DNA from: a bacterium
GTDB taxonomy: Bacteria; Patescibacteriota; CPR2; UBA1875; JAJYID01
Direction: 5' to 3'
Assembly: GCA_030647205.1 (NCBI GenBank)
Contig: JAUSJO010000003.1
Span: forward strand, 10,602 to 74,601
Length of the DNA stretch: 64,000 bases
Numbering within the stretch: position 1 is the first letter of the stretch; each line of letters opens with the position of its first letter. The notes under the pieces were generated by a model. The model was not told where the DNA came from and did no database searches. It saw nothing but the letters and a program-made list of their open reading frames with translations. Below are positions 29,960 through 38,965 of this stretch, piece by piece. A program made the translations under genes and the position numbers.

Positions 29960-30954
29960 CCACCAGATGTAATACGGAAAATAAAAAAAGACTCCGTTTG
30001 GGGGGTCTTTTTTTAATGCTTCTTTAGAACAGAAGCAAAAATTTATGTGATTTTGCTTTGACTGTGTCTAAAAGAAACGATATTGTATGAATTTCAATCA
30101 ATGATGTTATCAAGGTTTACCTTTCTTTTTCTAAACAACCGTCCGATTATACTACAAAAGTGTATCTTTGTCAACGGTTTTTTGAGAATGAAAAAAGGCG
30201 GATTAAATCCGCCCCTTAAGATGCTTTGGTTGGCCCGACACAGCGAGCAATATTGTATATTTTGCATCAACTGTGTCGGGCTAGACCCTGATATTTCCTC
30301 GAATGGGATATTTCTAGGGGACTACGCCACTCGTGGAAACTTTTACGGAGAAATCTCCGATTGTTTTCTAGGTACCAACCTTGTCAGGAGGCACCTAGGC
30401 TCGGGATAGAGAGTATTTTTAAGACAAATACGTCTCAACTCTCTTGCTCTGATCCTTGGAGTCTTCTCGGACACCAAGAAAGTTTTTTCTTTGCGGTTCA
30501 CCGAACTATTGTTTCCCAGCAAATTAGTTCAGTTAAGCCCTTATGGCCTAAAGGGTGAACCGCCAAACAGAAGAAAAAATCCTTCCGTGTTATTGTCAGA
30601 GGGTGTGGTTCGATAAGGAACAGTCAAGTATCGAATCCACACCTCTGGTCGCAAGCCCTCGGCTAAATTAACTTCTCACCGAGGAAACTTTTTTCAATCA
30701 AGGTTCGAGCCGGCCGCCTGCCGTTAACAAATAGATTTGGGCTTACCGCCCCTTATCTGTCACATGCTACCCGTAAGTGTCACTGCTTGATGCTATTGCT
30801 TCTTTTGTGATGCTATAGAGGATGACAGGCGGCCGACCGAAACTTATTCTATATCCCCTTGTGTTTAATGTCAATATTTTTGCTTCTTCACTAGGTGGCT
30901 AACTTCTGATAAAATTAGTACTGTTTTATTCAGTAATAACCGTGATCGAAAACT
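29960..30954 (+). promoter_or_regulatory. ~1-kb structured noncoding region upstream of the leuA/cimA-like gene (candidate riboregulator or ncRNA)
   Basis: Hairpins GGCCCGACACAG...CTGTGTCGGGC (30229-30278), GGCGGATTTAATCCGCC, GCGGTTCACC...GGTGAACCGC, and a 17-bp stem AGAGGGTGTGGTTCGATA/TATCGAATCCACACCTCT. A T-box-like string AAAGGGTGAACCGCC. A terminator-like CCTCGG...CCGAGG plus AAACTTTTTTC at ~30668-30706. A long-range pairing CGGCCGCCTG/CAGGCGGCCG. Confidence 0.3.
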
Positions 30955-32517
30955 ATGAAAAAGTGGCTTTGTTATGATACAACCTTGCGTGATGGTCTTC
31001 AGGAAAACGGCCGCGAGATTACTCTTCCTGATGCTATTAAATTTGCCCAGAAGCTTGATGAAATGGGCTTTTCTTGGTGCGAAGCTGGTTTTGCAAGTAG
31101 TAGTAAGGACCAGATGGATCGGATTAAGGCTCTCATTGGATTAAATTTAAAAAATACTAAAGTCTCGGCATTTGGCAGAACCAGAAGCAAAAACGAAACG
31201 GTTGAGAACGCAGTCGATCTAAATGCGATACTTGACTCCGGTGCAAAAACGGCAACTCTTGTGGGAAAAACAAGGAAAAGAGATGTAAAAAATTCGCTTC
31301 AGACAGATGAGAAAACAAACCTGGCGATGATTGCGGAAAGTATTCATTATCTAAAGTCTAAAGGATTAGGCGTAATATTTGATGCCGAGCATTTTTTCGA
31401 TGGTATGAGAGAGGATAAAGATTTTACTTTAAAAACAGTTGAGACTGCACTTGCGGCCGGCTCTGACTGGATAGTTTTGTGTGATACAAATGGCGCCTCT
31501 ACTGTAGATTTTGTTCAGGACTGTATTCAAAATGCGGCGAAAACCATCCCAATCTTGAAAATTGGGGCGCACTTCCATAATGATCGCGGACGAGGCATTG
31601 CTTGTGCTGAAACCGCGTATAAGTGCGGTATCCGTCATATCCAGGGAACCATCAACGGTTACGGTGAGAGATGCGGGAACACAGACCTCTCTACTCTGAT
31701 CCCGAATCTTTATTTTGACGAGAACGCGGCTTGCTTAAAAGATGGAAAACTCGACCAGCTCTCTCGCCTATCCCATATGACAGCGGAGTTTTTGAACGCA
31801 CACCATAGAAGCAACCATCCTTGGGTTGGTACTCTTTCCGGATATACCGAGGCCGGTATGCATACGTCTGGTATGCTTCGAGATCCTAAATCATATATTC
31901 ATGCGGACTTAAGTAAGGTTGGAAATCGCGCTTCTTTTGGGGTTTCTGAGCAGTCCGGCAAGTCGAGTATAGTGGTTAAGTCAAAGGAACTTGGATTTAA
32001 TCTAAATAAAGATGAGATAGCAAAACTAGCAAGACTTCACACTGAAATGTTGCATGCCGGTTACAGTTTTGCGGGAGCAGATGCATCCTTTTATCTTTTA
32101 GTATTGAAGGCGCTGGGCAAAAATCACAAAGGTGAAATATTTGACTCAGGTAAGTGGGAAATCGTTTCTTCAGGAAATGGAGAAAAGGTTGCAACAAAGG
32201 CAAAAATTGAGGCAATACTAAACAAAGAAAAGATTTTTTCAAGCAGTGAGGGAAAAGGACCGGTAGATGCCCTAAACTCTGCCCTTGCCAAAATTCTTCC
32301 TAAATTCTATTCAAATTTACCAACGTTCTGCCTTACGGACTATCGGGTGAAAATCATAAATCCGGATGCCGGTACCGGAGCAAAAGTAAGGGTTATCATC
32401 GAGTCGTCAAACAGTGAAGAGACTTGGGCAACGGTTGGGGTCCACGAAAACATCATCCAGGCTTCATGGTTTGCACTTGAGCAGTCAATCGCCTATATAC
32501 TTTATAAAACTAAATAA
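30955..32517 (+). CDS. 2-isopropylmalate synthase / (R)-citramalate synthase family protein (HMGL-like TIM barrel plus LeuA-type C-terminal domain)
   Basis: 520 aa starting ...YDTTLRDGLQ, the DRE-TIM metallolyase motif. Conserved HxH (HFHNDRG) metal ligands and a C-terminal regulatory/dimerisation domain. Confidence 0.85.
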   Translation: MKKWLCYDTTLRDGLQENGREITLPDAIKFAQKLDEMGFSWCEAGFASSSKDQMDRIKALIGLNLKNTKVSAFGRTRSKNETVENAVDLNAILDSGAKTATLVGKTRKRDVKNSLQTDEKTNLAMIAESIHYLKSKGLGVIFDAEHFFDGMREDKDFTLKTVETALAAGSDWIVLCDTNGASTVDFVQDCIQNAAKTIPILKIGAHFHNDRGRGIACAETAYKCGIRHIQGTINGYGERCGNTDLSTLIPNLYFDENAACLKDGKLDQLSRLSHMTAEFLNAHHRSNHPWVGTLSGYTEAGMHTSGMLRDPKSYIHADLSKVGNRASFGVSEQSGKSSIVVKSKELGFNLNKDEIAKLARLHTEMLHAGYSFAGADASFYLLVLKALGKNHKGEIFDSGKWEIVSSGNGEKVATKAKIEAILNKEKIFSSSEGKGPVDALNSALAKILPKFYSNLPTFCLTDYRVKIINPDAGTGAKVRVIIESSNSEETWATVGVHENIIQASWFALEQSIAYILYKTK

Positions 32518-32550
32518 AAAAGAGGGCGTCAATTAAAGCCCCTCTTTTTT
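32516..32550. terminator. bidirectional terminator between convergent genes
   Basis: AAAAAGAGGGC-gtcaattaaa-GCCCCTCTTTTTTT. Confidence 0.65.
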
Positions 32551-32566
32551 TATGATTCCTTTTTGT

Positions 32567-32749
32567 CTATTTTGCAGTTCTTCCAGTCTTCATATAAAGT
32601 GCATATAGTACCATACCAATTGATACAGTTGTCCACTGGCTAGATGCCAGCCAAATATCGCTGCCGGTAAAAGCGCCATAAGCTGCTAGTACTAAGCCGG
32701 CAAAAGATAAAACAAATAAATAGTCTGCATATTTTGCTAGTTCTTTCAT
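32567..32749 (-). CDS. small two-TM membrane protein (hypothetical)
   Basis: 60-aa hydrophobic ORF convergent with the upstream gene. Confidence 0.3.
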   Translation of the reverse strand: MKELAKYADYLFVLSFAGLVLAAYGAFTGSDIWLASSQWTTVSIGMVLYALYMKTGRTAK

Positions 32750-32913
32750 TTTCTCATCACCTCCCCTCTGTACATAAGGATAATAACATTTTTATACTTT
32801 TGCAATATCTTTACCAAGGATACCTAACGATCTCAATTTTTGTAGTAAACCGTATTTATTTATTCGCTTTTTCAGCTTTAAAATGTATGTAGAAAAAAGG
32901 TATAATTGATTTT

Positions 32914-33486
32914 ATGAAAATGTATTTACTGCGGCACGGAGAAACCGAAGAAGCAAAGAAAAATGTTATTCTTGGGCATCTTCCGGGCACCTTGACGCAA
33001 GACGGTAAAAGATACGCCTACAGGGCTGGAGAACTAATCAATCATCTACCCGTTCCCCCGGATATTATAATAGCAAGTGGCTTAAAGAGGGCTAAAGACA
33101 CAGCCGAAATTATCGGCCAAGTTACAAAAATAACAGTCAAGTTTGATGCTCTTCTTAAGGAGCGCAAAGGCGGTGATATTGAGGGAATGAGTGATGATCA
33201 GATAGATTGGGAAAAATACGAAAGCGAAACTCAAGAATATAGAAAACACAAAAACGGTGAGAGTTTCGTGGAGGTTAGAGAAAGGGTTGATGATTTTTTA
33301 AAGAAAATTCCAAAGGATTCCAAGCAAACTATAGCTATAGTATCTCATAGTGTTGTAATTGCGATGATTATCTCTTCTGTATTAGGTTGGGGATACGAAA
33401 AATCATTGGATTTTAAGTTTGATGATTCAGTTATACTGCTAGATACAAAAAGAAAGGAAATAGCTCTAGTCCCTTTGATAGAATAA
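32914..33486 (+). CDS. histidine phosphatase superfamily protein (phosphoglycerate mutase-like, branch 1)
   Basis: 190 aa. Catalytic LLRHGET at the N-terminus and the SGLKRAKDTAE motif. Confidence 0.8.
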   Translation: MKMYLLRHGETEEAKKNVILGHLPGTLTQDGKRYAYRAGELINHLPVPPDIIIASGLKRAKDTAEIIGQVTKITVKFDALLKERKGGDIEGMSDDQIDWEKYESETQEYRKHKNGESFVEVRERVDDFLKKIPKDSKQTIAIVSHSVVIAMIISSVLGWGYEKSLDFKFDDSVILLDTKRKEIALVPLIE

Positions 33487-33492
33487 GAGGTA

Positions 33493-34302
33493 TTATTTTA
33501 TGCCTAGCTCTCTAGCATACTTTATTTGTGTTAACTCCTCAGCCTTTTTACCCGCCAAGTTATTACCCTTGAATGTTTGAATAGTTTTAATCTCTTCTAT
33601 ATCTATAGCGACCCTGCTTTCAGAGGCAAATATCAGGCCAGGTTCACGGACTTCTCCTTTGCATGGACCGCCTGTGATGAAACACTTACGGGCATCCATG
33701 ATGACCAGATCCGGTTGATATAGTAAATTCATCTCAACTGCTTTTTCAGATATTTTTCCCATATGCAGTTTGATGCGTTCTATCGGTTTCATGAATCCGA
33801 CAACCAGTTTGAGGGCTCCTGTAAAGTTTGCCATAGAATGGGTCTTAGCGCATGGAAGCAAAATAATCTTGTCTACCTCGTCCATTATTTTCGGGAAAGA
33901 AACAGACTTTTGATACTTTGCTCCAGGTATTTTTCTAGTTATCCATTCATGTTCATCAAATATCATTATTTCAGGAGGTTTAGATAGCTTCTCTAGGTCA
34001 TATACGCCGCCTTCTGTGAGGGTTTTCTTGGTTGTGATTGTGTGGTTCTTGATGGTAAATGTTGAACTCTCTCCCACTATAACTTTCTCTGCTCCGGCTT
34101 CATACACCAGCTCTACTATTGCTTTCAAAAAATCCGGCGCCGTGGATGCGGGGCTTTCATCTGCTGTGTTATAGTTTGGCTTGATAAGAACCGACTCACC
34201 GGATTTTATAAATTTCTCAAATCCGCCAAGGCCGTTAACTACCTCTCGTACAGATTCTTTTAGATTATCCTCAGCTTTTATCTTGCTGACTTTTTGACTC
34301 AT
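33493..34302 (-). CDS. DUF362-domain protein
   Basis: Start set at MSQKVSKIKAED.... VLIKPNYN and CAKTHSMANFTGALK match the DUF362 family. The ORF-track start at 34362 adds 20 poorly supported residues. Confidence 0.55.
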   Translation of the reverse strand: MSQKVSKIKAEDNLKESVREVVNGLGGFEKFIKSGESVLIKPNYNTADESPASTAPDFLKAIVELVYEAGAEKVIVGESSTFTIKNHTITTKKTLTEGGVYDLEKLSKPPEIMIFDEHEWITRKIPGAKYQKSVSFPKIMDEVDKIILLPCAKTHSMANFTGALKLVVGFMKPIERIKLHMGKISEKAVEMNLLYQPDLVIMDARKCFITGGPCKGEVREPGLIFASESRVAIDIEEIKTIQTFKGNNLAGKKAEELTQIKYARELGIK

Positions 34303-34441
34303 TGTTTCCTTCGGTTTAATATGGCGTGTGCAGCTCCTTAGCCATTTTAGCATGGAAATCATTGAGTTAAAGCATGTTTTGTGTTAATATAACCTTCTTG
34401 GATGGATCTTTAAACATCAATCACGATCTTTGGAGGAGAAC

Positions 34442-34756
34442 ATGGTTGAGCCAAAGTATACAACAGAAGTAGGCAACTACATTATCGTCAGCTTGACGGG
34501 AATGCACCGCACCTATATTGCCGAGGTTACCAAGGCCGAACCTCTTCGGCTCAAAGTCATGGAAAGAGGGCCACTAGCTCACTTGAAGGAAGAGGATTTT
34601 ATCGTTCAGCAGGATGAGACTATCCAGTTGCAAGAGGGAAATAGTGATCTCCTCTTCAAGATCATGGGCGAGAGGAAGCTTTATACGGGGCTTGAGAGCA
34701 TGAATGTTATAGATGGTAAACTTCATGAAATCCTACCCAAGATGCCCGTGGCTTAG
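34442..34756 (+). CDS. hypothetical protein
   Basis: 104 aa from the ATG preceded by GGAGGAG. The ORF track uses a TTG 12 nt upstream. Confidence 0.4.
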   Translation: MVEPKYTTEVGNYIIVSLTGMHRTYIAEVTKAEPLRLKVMERGPLAHLKEEDFIVQQDETIQLQEGNSDLLFKIMGERKLYTGLESMNVIDGKLHEILPKMPVA

Positions 34757-34832
34757 AGATGTCCAACAAAAGGCGACCATTTTTGGCCGCCTTTTCTCTC
34801 TTTGAAAACTAGTAAGGAGGAGGAATTCGAAC

Positions 34833-35414
34833 TTATATTTCTTTGAGTTCTTGCCATACAAAATAAGTTGTTAGGTTTTTCCCTTTCTCAACATATCCTT
34901 CTGGTTTAAAGTCTTGTTGGCTGATAGTTGCTTCGAATATATGGAAAATATACTTTGTTAATAATCCGGGATAGCTTTTTGACTCTCTTTCTACAATTTT
35001 ATCTTCTTTTGATTTAATATCCGTTAAAGAAGATATACCCAGCTCTTCTTCTATGCCTCTCTCCAGAGCCTCTTGTGCACTCTCCTTGGGTTTCATTTTT
35101 TCGCCGATAGATGTGTCTATGTGTCTCTCCCTTTCCCTACCATCATTGAAAACTTGCTTATCTTCAACCAGTTTGAACTTCTTGCCCGTAGCCGCATCAT
35201 TATAAAGTATGTCTGCCTTCACAATATTAGATATTCTAGATATCTCACCATTATGATCAACTGCCAACTCAGCTTCTCCATCTCTTACCTCGTCTACCAG
35301 ATTTTCAAGCGATTTGGAACATCCTTTTCCCCATTGAGTTATATCTACCCCATGGTTTAGGAGTGTTTCTCTTATTTCTTCTATTCTGTTGTTTTCCTCA
35401 GAGGTTTCTTTCAT
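34833..35414 (-). CDS. hypothetical protein with a degenerate Nudix-like box
   Basis: 193 aa. GEKMKPKESAQEALERGIEEELGI resembles GX5EX7REUXEEXGU but deviates at several positions. Low confidence in the function. Confidence 0.35.
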   Translation of the reverse strand: MKETSEENNRIEEIRETLLNHGVDITQWGKGCSKSLENLVDEVRDGEAELAVDHNGEISRISNIVKADILYNDAATGKKFKLVEDKQVFNDGRERERHIDTSIGEKMKPKESAQEALERGIEEELGISSLTDIKSKEDKIVERESKSYPGLLTKYIFHIFEATISQQDFKPEGYVEKGKNLTTYFVWQELKEI

Positions 35415-35534
35415 AAATAAATTATATCATAAATAAAAATAATACCTACGCGAGGCATTTATTTTAGTTTGGTTCAGCACGACGCTCGAGAACATTATAG
35501 CATTAATTTGATGAAAAATCGTCATATATAGCAA

Positions 35535-35584
35535 TTTTTGTAACATTGTATGATGAAGGAGCTTGACCTTTATTATAAAGTGTA
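35535..35584 (+). promoter_or_regulatory. conserved upstream element, copy 1, shared with the 37264-37313 copy
   Basis: TTTTTGTAACAT..ATGAAGRAGCTTGACCTTTATTATAAAGTGTA, with 24 nt identical between the two copies. Located ~65 nt upstream of the LPXTG gene. Confidence 0.45.
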
Positions 35585-35649
35585 AGCAACTTGGTTGTGG
35601 GCAAATTATTAAAGAAAGATTTTAAATTTTAATTATGGAGGAATGAAAT

Positions 35650-36621
35650 ATGAAGATATTTAATAATATTTTGGGAATATCAGCTTTATTCGCTGCCATT
35701 ATACTCGGTCTGACCGGGCCGACTAACACGCTTGCAGCTACTTCACCTACATTGGGCGCATCGGAAAGTTACTCTGTTCTGGCTGGCTCAATAGTGACTA
35801 ATACCGGTGCTACTACTATGCCCGGAAACTTGGGTATCAGTCCGAGCGTTGGAGTACCACCGCATTTTACCGGTTTTCCTCCGGGTGTTGTCGGTCCTCC
35901 GGGTGCGATACACGATGCTGACGCGGACGCCGGGTTAGCCCAAGCTGATAACACCACCGTGTTTGGCGTCCTTAGTGCGGGATCGAATGCAGCTTGTAAT
36001 GTTACTTATGCTGGCACCCAGGATCTAGCCGGATTGAGCTTGATACCAGGTGTCTATTGCGCTGATGTTTTCCAGTTATCCGGGACGCTTACTTTGAATG
36101 CTCAGGGCGACGCCAATGGGGTCTGGATTTTCCGTACTGCCGCAGAAGCTGCTGCTCTCACTACAACGCCTGGAGTTGGTGCGAATGTTCAGTTTCTTGA
36201 TGGCATTGGTTCACCCTGTAATGTTTGGTGGAAGGTTGCAAGCTCTGCGACGATAGGTTCAGGGACTGCGTTTGTGGGAAATATCCTAGCGCTCACGAGC
36301 ATTAGCTTTGGCACCGGTGCAACATTGAGCGGTCGAGCCATGGCACAAACCGGTGCGGTTACACTTGATACAAATATCATTACTAACCCTATATGTGCTG
36401 CAGTTACCCCTCCTGGCGGGACCCCAACCGGTGGTACACCGGCTGGCAATACTCTTTCTAGCGGAACCTCAACTGATACTGGTTCATCTTCTACTGCAGT
36501 GCCAAGCCTACCCGATACAGGGGCTGGTAATAGCACTTCATGGAAGGACATTGCTATATTAGCTGGTATTTTTATGGCCTCGATGCTGGTGGTTATAACC
36601 CAAAGAAAAAAGACAACTTAG
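35650..36621 (+). CDS. LPXTG-anchored surface protein with a DUF3494 (ice-binding-like) beta-solenoid domain
   Basis: Signal peptide. DUF3494 hallmarks (AG.ITNTG.T...GN.GISP...TGFPPG...L..PGVY....L.G.LTL.A.GD.N.VWIF...S.L.T...V.L..G....NVFW.V.SSAT.G....F.GNILA..SI.....A.L.GRA.A.....TL..N). Thr/Ser/Gly-rich stalk, then LPDTG, a hydrophobic segment and RKK at the C-terminus. Confidence 0.8.
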   Translation: MKIFNNILGISALFAAIILGLTGPTNTLAATSPTLGASESYSVLAGSIVTNTGATTMPGNLGISPSVGVPPHFTGFPPGVVGPPGAIHDADADAGLAQADNTTVFGVLSAGSNAACNVTYAGTQDLAGLSLIPGVYCADVFQLSGTLTLNAQGDANGVWIFRTAAEAAALTTTPGVGANVQFLDGIGSPCNVWWKVASSATIGSGTAFVGNILALTSISFGTGATLSGRAMAQTGAVTLDTNIITNPICAAVTPPGGTPTGGTPAGNTLSSGTSTDTGSSSTAVPSLPDTGAGNSTSWKDIAILAGIFMASMLVVITQRKKTT

Positions 36622-36633
36622 TCCGTATAAACT

Positions 36634-37248
36634 ATGAAATCGAAAATATTATCAAAGAATATAGAGCTGCCAGTTTCCCTTCTGGTTTTAGCATTCTTTG
36701 CGGTACTTATTTTCTATTTTATTCCTGAAAGACCAGTTCAGAGTGACCCGGTAACAAACATTGAAAATGCCATTGTTACTCCAAAACAAGAACAAGCGAG
36801 TTCCGGGTTGCCAGTGCGTCTCAAGATTCCAAGTGTCAATGTTGATGCGACGATAGACCAGATGGGCATTACACCAAGCGGAGCCATGGAAGTACCTAGT
36901 GGAGCTCGGAATGTAGGTTGGTTCAAGCTCGGACCACGCCCGGGTGATAAGGGCAGTGCGGTTATTGATGGACACTATGGTCGCTGGGCAAATGGAGATG
37001 GATCTGTATTTGACGATTTAAATAAGTTGAAAAAGGGAGATAAAGTATATGTCGAAGATGAAAAAGGAATAACATATACTTTTCTGGTGCGAGAATTTCG
37101 GGATTACGATCCGAAAGCGGACGCTTCCAGTGTTTTTGTCTCAAATGACGGGAAGTCACACTTAAATATTATTACTTGCGAGGGAGTTTGGAATAAAGTT
37201 TCAAAAAGTTATTCTGAACGACTAGTAGTATTTACTGATAAAGAATAG
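36634..37248 (+). CDS. sortase (class E/F-like transpeptidase)
   Basis: 204 aa with an N-terminal membrane anchor, catalytic His (AVIDGHYGRW), TLxTC (LNIITCEG) and the conserved Arg (ERLVVF). Starts 13 nt after the LPXTG gene. Confidence 0.85.
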   Translation: MKSKILSKNIELPVSLLVLAFFAVLIFYFIPERPVQSDPVTNIENAIVTPKQEQASSGLPVRLKIPSVNVDATIDQMGITPSGAMEVPSGARNVGWFKLGPRPGDKGSAVIDGHYGRWANGDGSVFDDLNKLKKGDKVYVEDEKGITYTFLVREFRDYDPKADASSVFVSNDGKSHLNIITCEGVWNKVSKSYSERLVVFTDKE

Positions 37249-37263
37249 CACCATACATAATAG

Positions 37264-37313
37264 TTTTTGTAACATAGCACAATGAAGAAGCTTGACCTTT
37301 ATTATAAAGTGTA
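37264..37313 (+). promoter_or_regulatory. conserved upstream element, copy 2
   Basis: Same 50-nt motif as at 35535-35584, ~40 nt upstream of the YggT-like gene. Confidence 0.45.
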
Positions 37314-37354
37314 GCTAGTTTTATTTAGGGTAAATATTTAAAAGCAAGGAGAGA

Positions 37355-37738
37355 ATGATGGAAAAAGATACAAGAGAAACGGTAACTACTCGAGAAAATA
37401 ATGTTAACCCAGCAAAAAGAGACGCAACAGGTTCTCAGACGATTGCGTATTTGATATATTTCCTCTTTGGAGCGTTGGAAATACTTCTAGTTTTCAGGTT
37501 TGTTCTCAAGTTGTTAGGGGCGAGTCTTTCAAGCGGCTTTGTAAGTTCAATATACGATATATCCAGAATTTTCATCTTACCTTTTGAGGGGATATTTCGT
37601 ACGGGGACTACACAGGGAGCAGAAACAACTGCGGTTTTTGAGCCAGCAACACTGGTTGCAATCATAGTATACGCTGTTTTAGCGTGGGGGATCGTTAAGC
37701 TAATAAGTATATTCTCAGGCGAAAGGCAAGCTTCTTAG
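37355..37738 (+). CDS. YggT-family membrane protein
   Basis: 127 aa. IYDISRIFILPFEGIFRTGT...AVFEPATLVAIIVYAVL matches the YGGT repeat architecture (TM, conserved Pro/Arg-containing loop, TM). Confidence 0.55.
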   Translation: MMEKDTRETVTTRENNVNPAKRDATGSQTIAYLIYFLFGALEILLVFRFVLKLLGASLSSGFVSSIYDISRIFILPFEGIFRTGTTQGAETTAVFEPATLVAIIVYAVLAWGIVKLISIFSGERQAS

Positions 37739-37813
37739 CTTGTTTGATATGTTCGGCTTTGTCGACCAGATGGTTCTGTCTTATTAATGTATTAGACACG
37801 TCGAGCGCTACAT

Positions 37814-37828
37814 GCGCTCGTCTTGGTT
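37814..37828. repeat. 15-nt direct repeat of the tRNA-Gln 3'-flank (copy distal to the tRNA)
   Basis: GCGCTCGTCTTGGTT is identical to 38432-38446, which overlaps the 3' end of tRNA-Gln. It is embedded in the palindrome GAGCGC-tacat-GCGCTC. The GNAT gene lies between the two copies. Confidence 0.4.
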
Positions 37829-37870
37829 GCAGCACTCCGCCCTAGAATCCTAAGGGCAATTTTTCGACTT

Positions 37871-38380
37871 CTAACTCAGATACTTTAGTAAAAAGACAGC
37901 AGAATTGTTGCTGCCATATTGGTAGTCTTTTACCCAGCCAGCATCAGAATACCCATTTTTCTGATAAAAACTCACAACCTTGTCATCACCCTTATTAGTA
38001 TATACAAACATCTTCAGTGCACCTTTATCAATTGCTTGTTTTTCAATTTCTTTTAACAGTAGCGTTCCGACGCCTTGTCCGGTCATGTTGGGGTCGACAG
38101 CCATTATTATAATAACCCACTTTTCTAAGCCTTCCTTACCGTTTATAGGGCTTTCCTGCTGGGAATAAACAAACCCAAGCAAATTTCCTTCGCCAGAAAC
38201 TGCTTTAACACAAATACCCCGTTGGGTTTCAATAGCAGTTTTCATCTCTTTGAATGAAAACCACTCAGTGACGTCAGAGTCGGCAGAGGATTGAAAAGCT
38301 TTGCCAGAAAGGATCTCGAGATCCTTGGTACCATCTTTATATTGAAATAGTTCAGTTCTCATGTATAAATTCTGCCACAC
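37871..38380 (-). CDS. GNAT-family N-acetyltransferase
   Basis: 169 aa with acetyl-CoA binding motif A (TGQGVGTLLLKEIEKQAIDKG). Confidence 0.8.
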   Translation of the reverse strand: MWQNLYMRTELFQYKDGTKDLEILSGKAFQSSADSDVTEWFSFKEMKTAIETQRGICVKAVSGEGNLLGFVYSQQESPINGKEGLEKWVIIIMAVDPNMTGQGVGTLLLKEIEKQAIDKGALKMFVYTNKGDDKVVSFYQKNGYSDAGWVKDYQYGSNNSAVFLLKYLS

Positions 38381-38441
38381 TAGCCAAATTAGTTCTTAAT
38401 TATAAGGGTATAGGTATTACGCTCACCTATAGCGCTCGTCT

Positions 38442-38515
38442 TGGTTCGGGAGGAGGGATTCGAACCCCCGATCATGGGACCAGAACCCATTGCCTTACCG
38501 CTTGGCTACTCCCGA
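38442..38515 (-). tRNA. tRNA-Gln (anticodon CUG), CCA encoded
   Basis: Hand fold: acceptor TCGGGAG/CTCCCGA, U8, D-arm GCC/GGC with GG in the loop, anticodon stem ATGGG/CCCAT, loop TTCTGGT (U33, CUG), 4-nt variable loop, T-arm GGGGG-TTCGAAT-CCCTC, discriminator A, CCA. Confidence 0.85.
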
Positions 38516-38638
38516 ACGACCGTATTATTTTATCATTTTTATGATCATTTCTCAACTCCTTGACCATAAGGGCTAAGTGTAGTAATATATTCCTTACCTA
38601 GACCTGTTATATCGACCTTTGGGGAAAGAGGTTGGCAC

Positions 38639-38896
38639 ATGGCAAAGCGTAAAACTGTTCTATTATGGATAAGCAGAGATGCTTTCCAATCTGAACTCTC
38701 GCAAAACACTAGGAGGATCCTAAGAAAGCTGTGCGTAGTCTGCAAAAAAGACACGCACCCGGATTCAGTAAAGCTGACCTTCAAAGGCGTAAGGGTCAGC
38801 AAAACCACAAATGATGATTTCCGTATCGAAACCGGCAGGAGAAGGCAAAGGCATATTATCATTCCGCGCCGTTTTGTTATGGAGTCATCGCTTTAG
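38639..38896 (+). CDS. hypothetical basic protein
   Basis: 85 aa. ATG preceded by AAGAGG. Overlaps a competing antisense ORF. Weak support. Confidence 0.25.
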   Translation: MAKRKTVLLWISRDAFQSELSQNTRRILRKLCVVCKKDTHPDSVKLTFKGVRVSKTTNDDFRIETGRRRQRHIIIPRRFVMESSL

Positions 38897-38965
38897 CGAG
38901 AACATTACGTTACGTTTGTATGAAACCATTAGGTCTGGGTAAGGCCGTCCAAGCACTTGGACGGC

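Noticed and set aside
30601-30656. tmRNA or tRNA-like domain suggested by GGTTCGATA and TCGAATCC strings
   Set aside because: The two strings are the two arms of a single 17-bp hairpin, not a T-arm. There is no acceptor stem or CCA context.
35535-35584. Assigning the shared 50-nt element as a canonical sigma70 promoter
   Set aside because: TTGACC and TATAAA are only 5 nt apart, and no alternative hexamer pair has 16-18 nt spacing. I keep it as a conserved regulatory element of unknown mechanism rather than a defined -35/-10 promoter.
38545-38862. Minus-strand 105-aa ORF overlapping the 38639-38896 ORF
   Set aside because: It is Cys/Leu-rich with low-complexity composition, lacks an SD sequence, and runs antisense to an ORF that does have one. 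Neither ORF is strongly supported, and only the plus-strand one is retained at low confidence.
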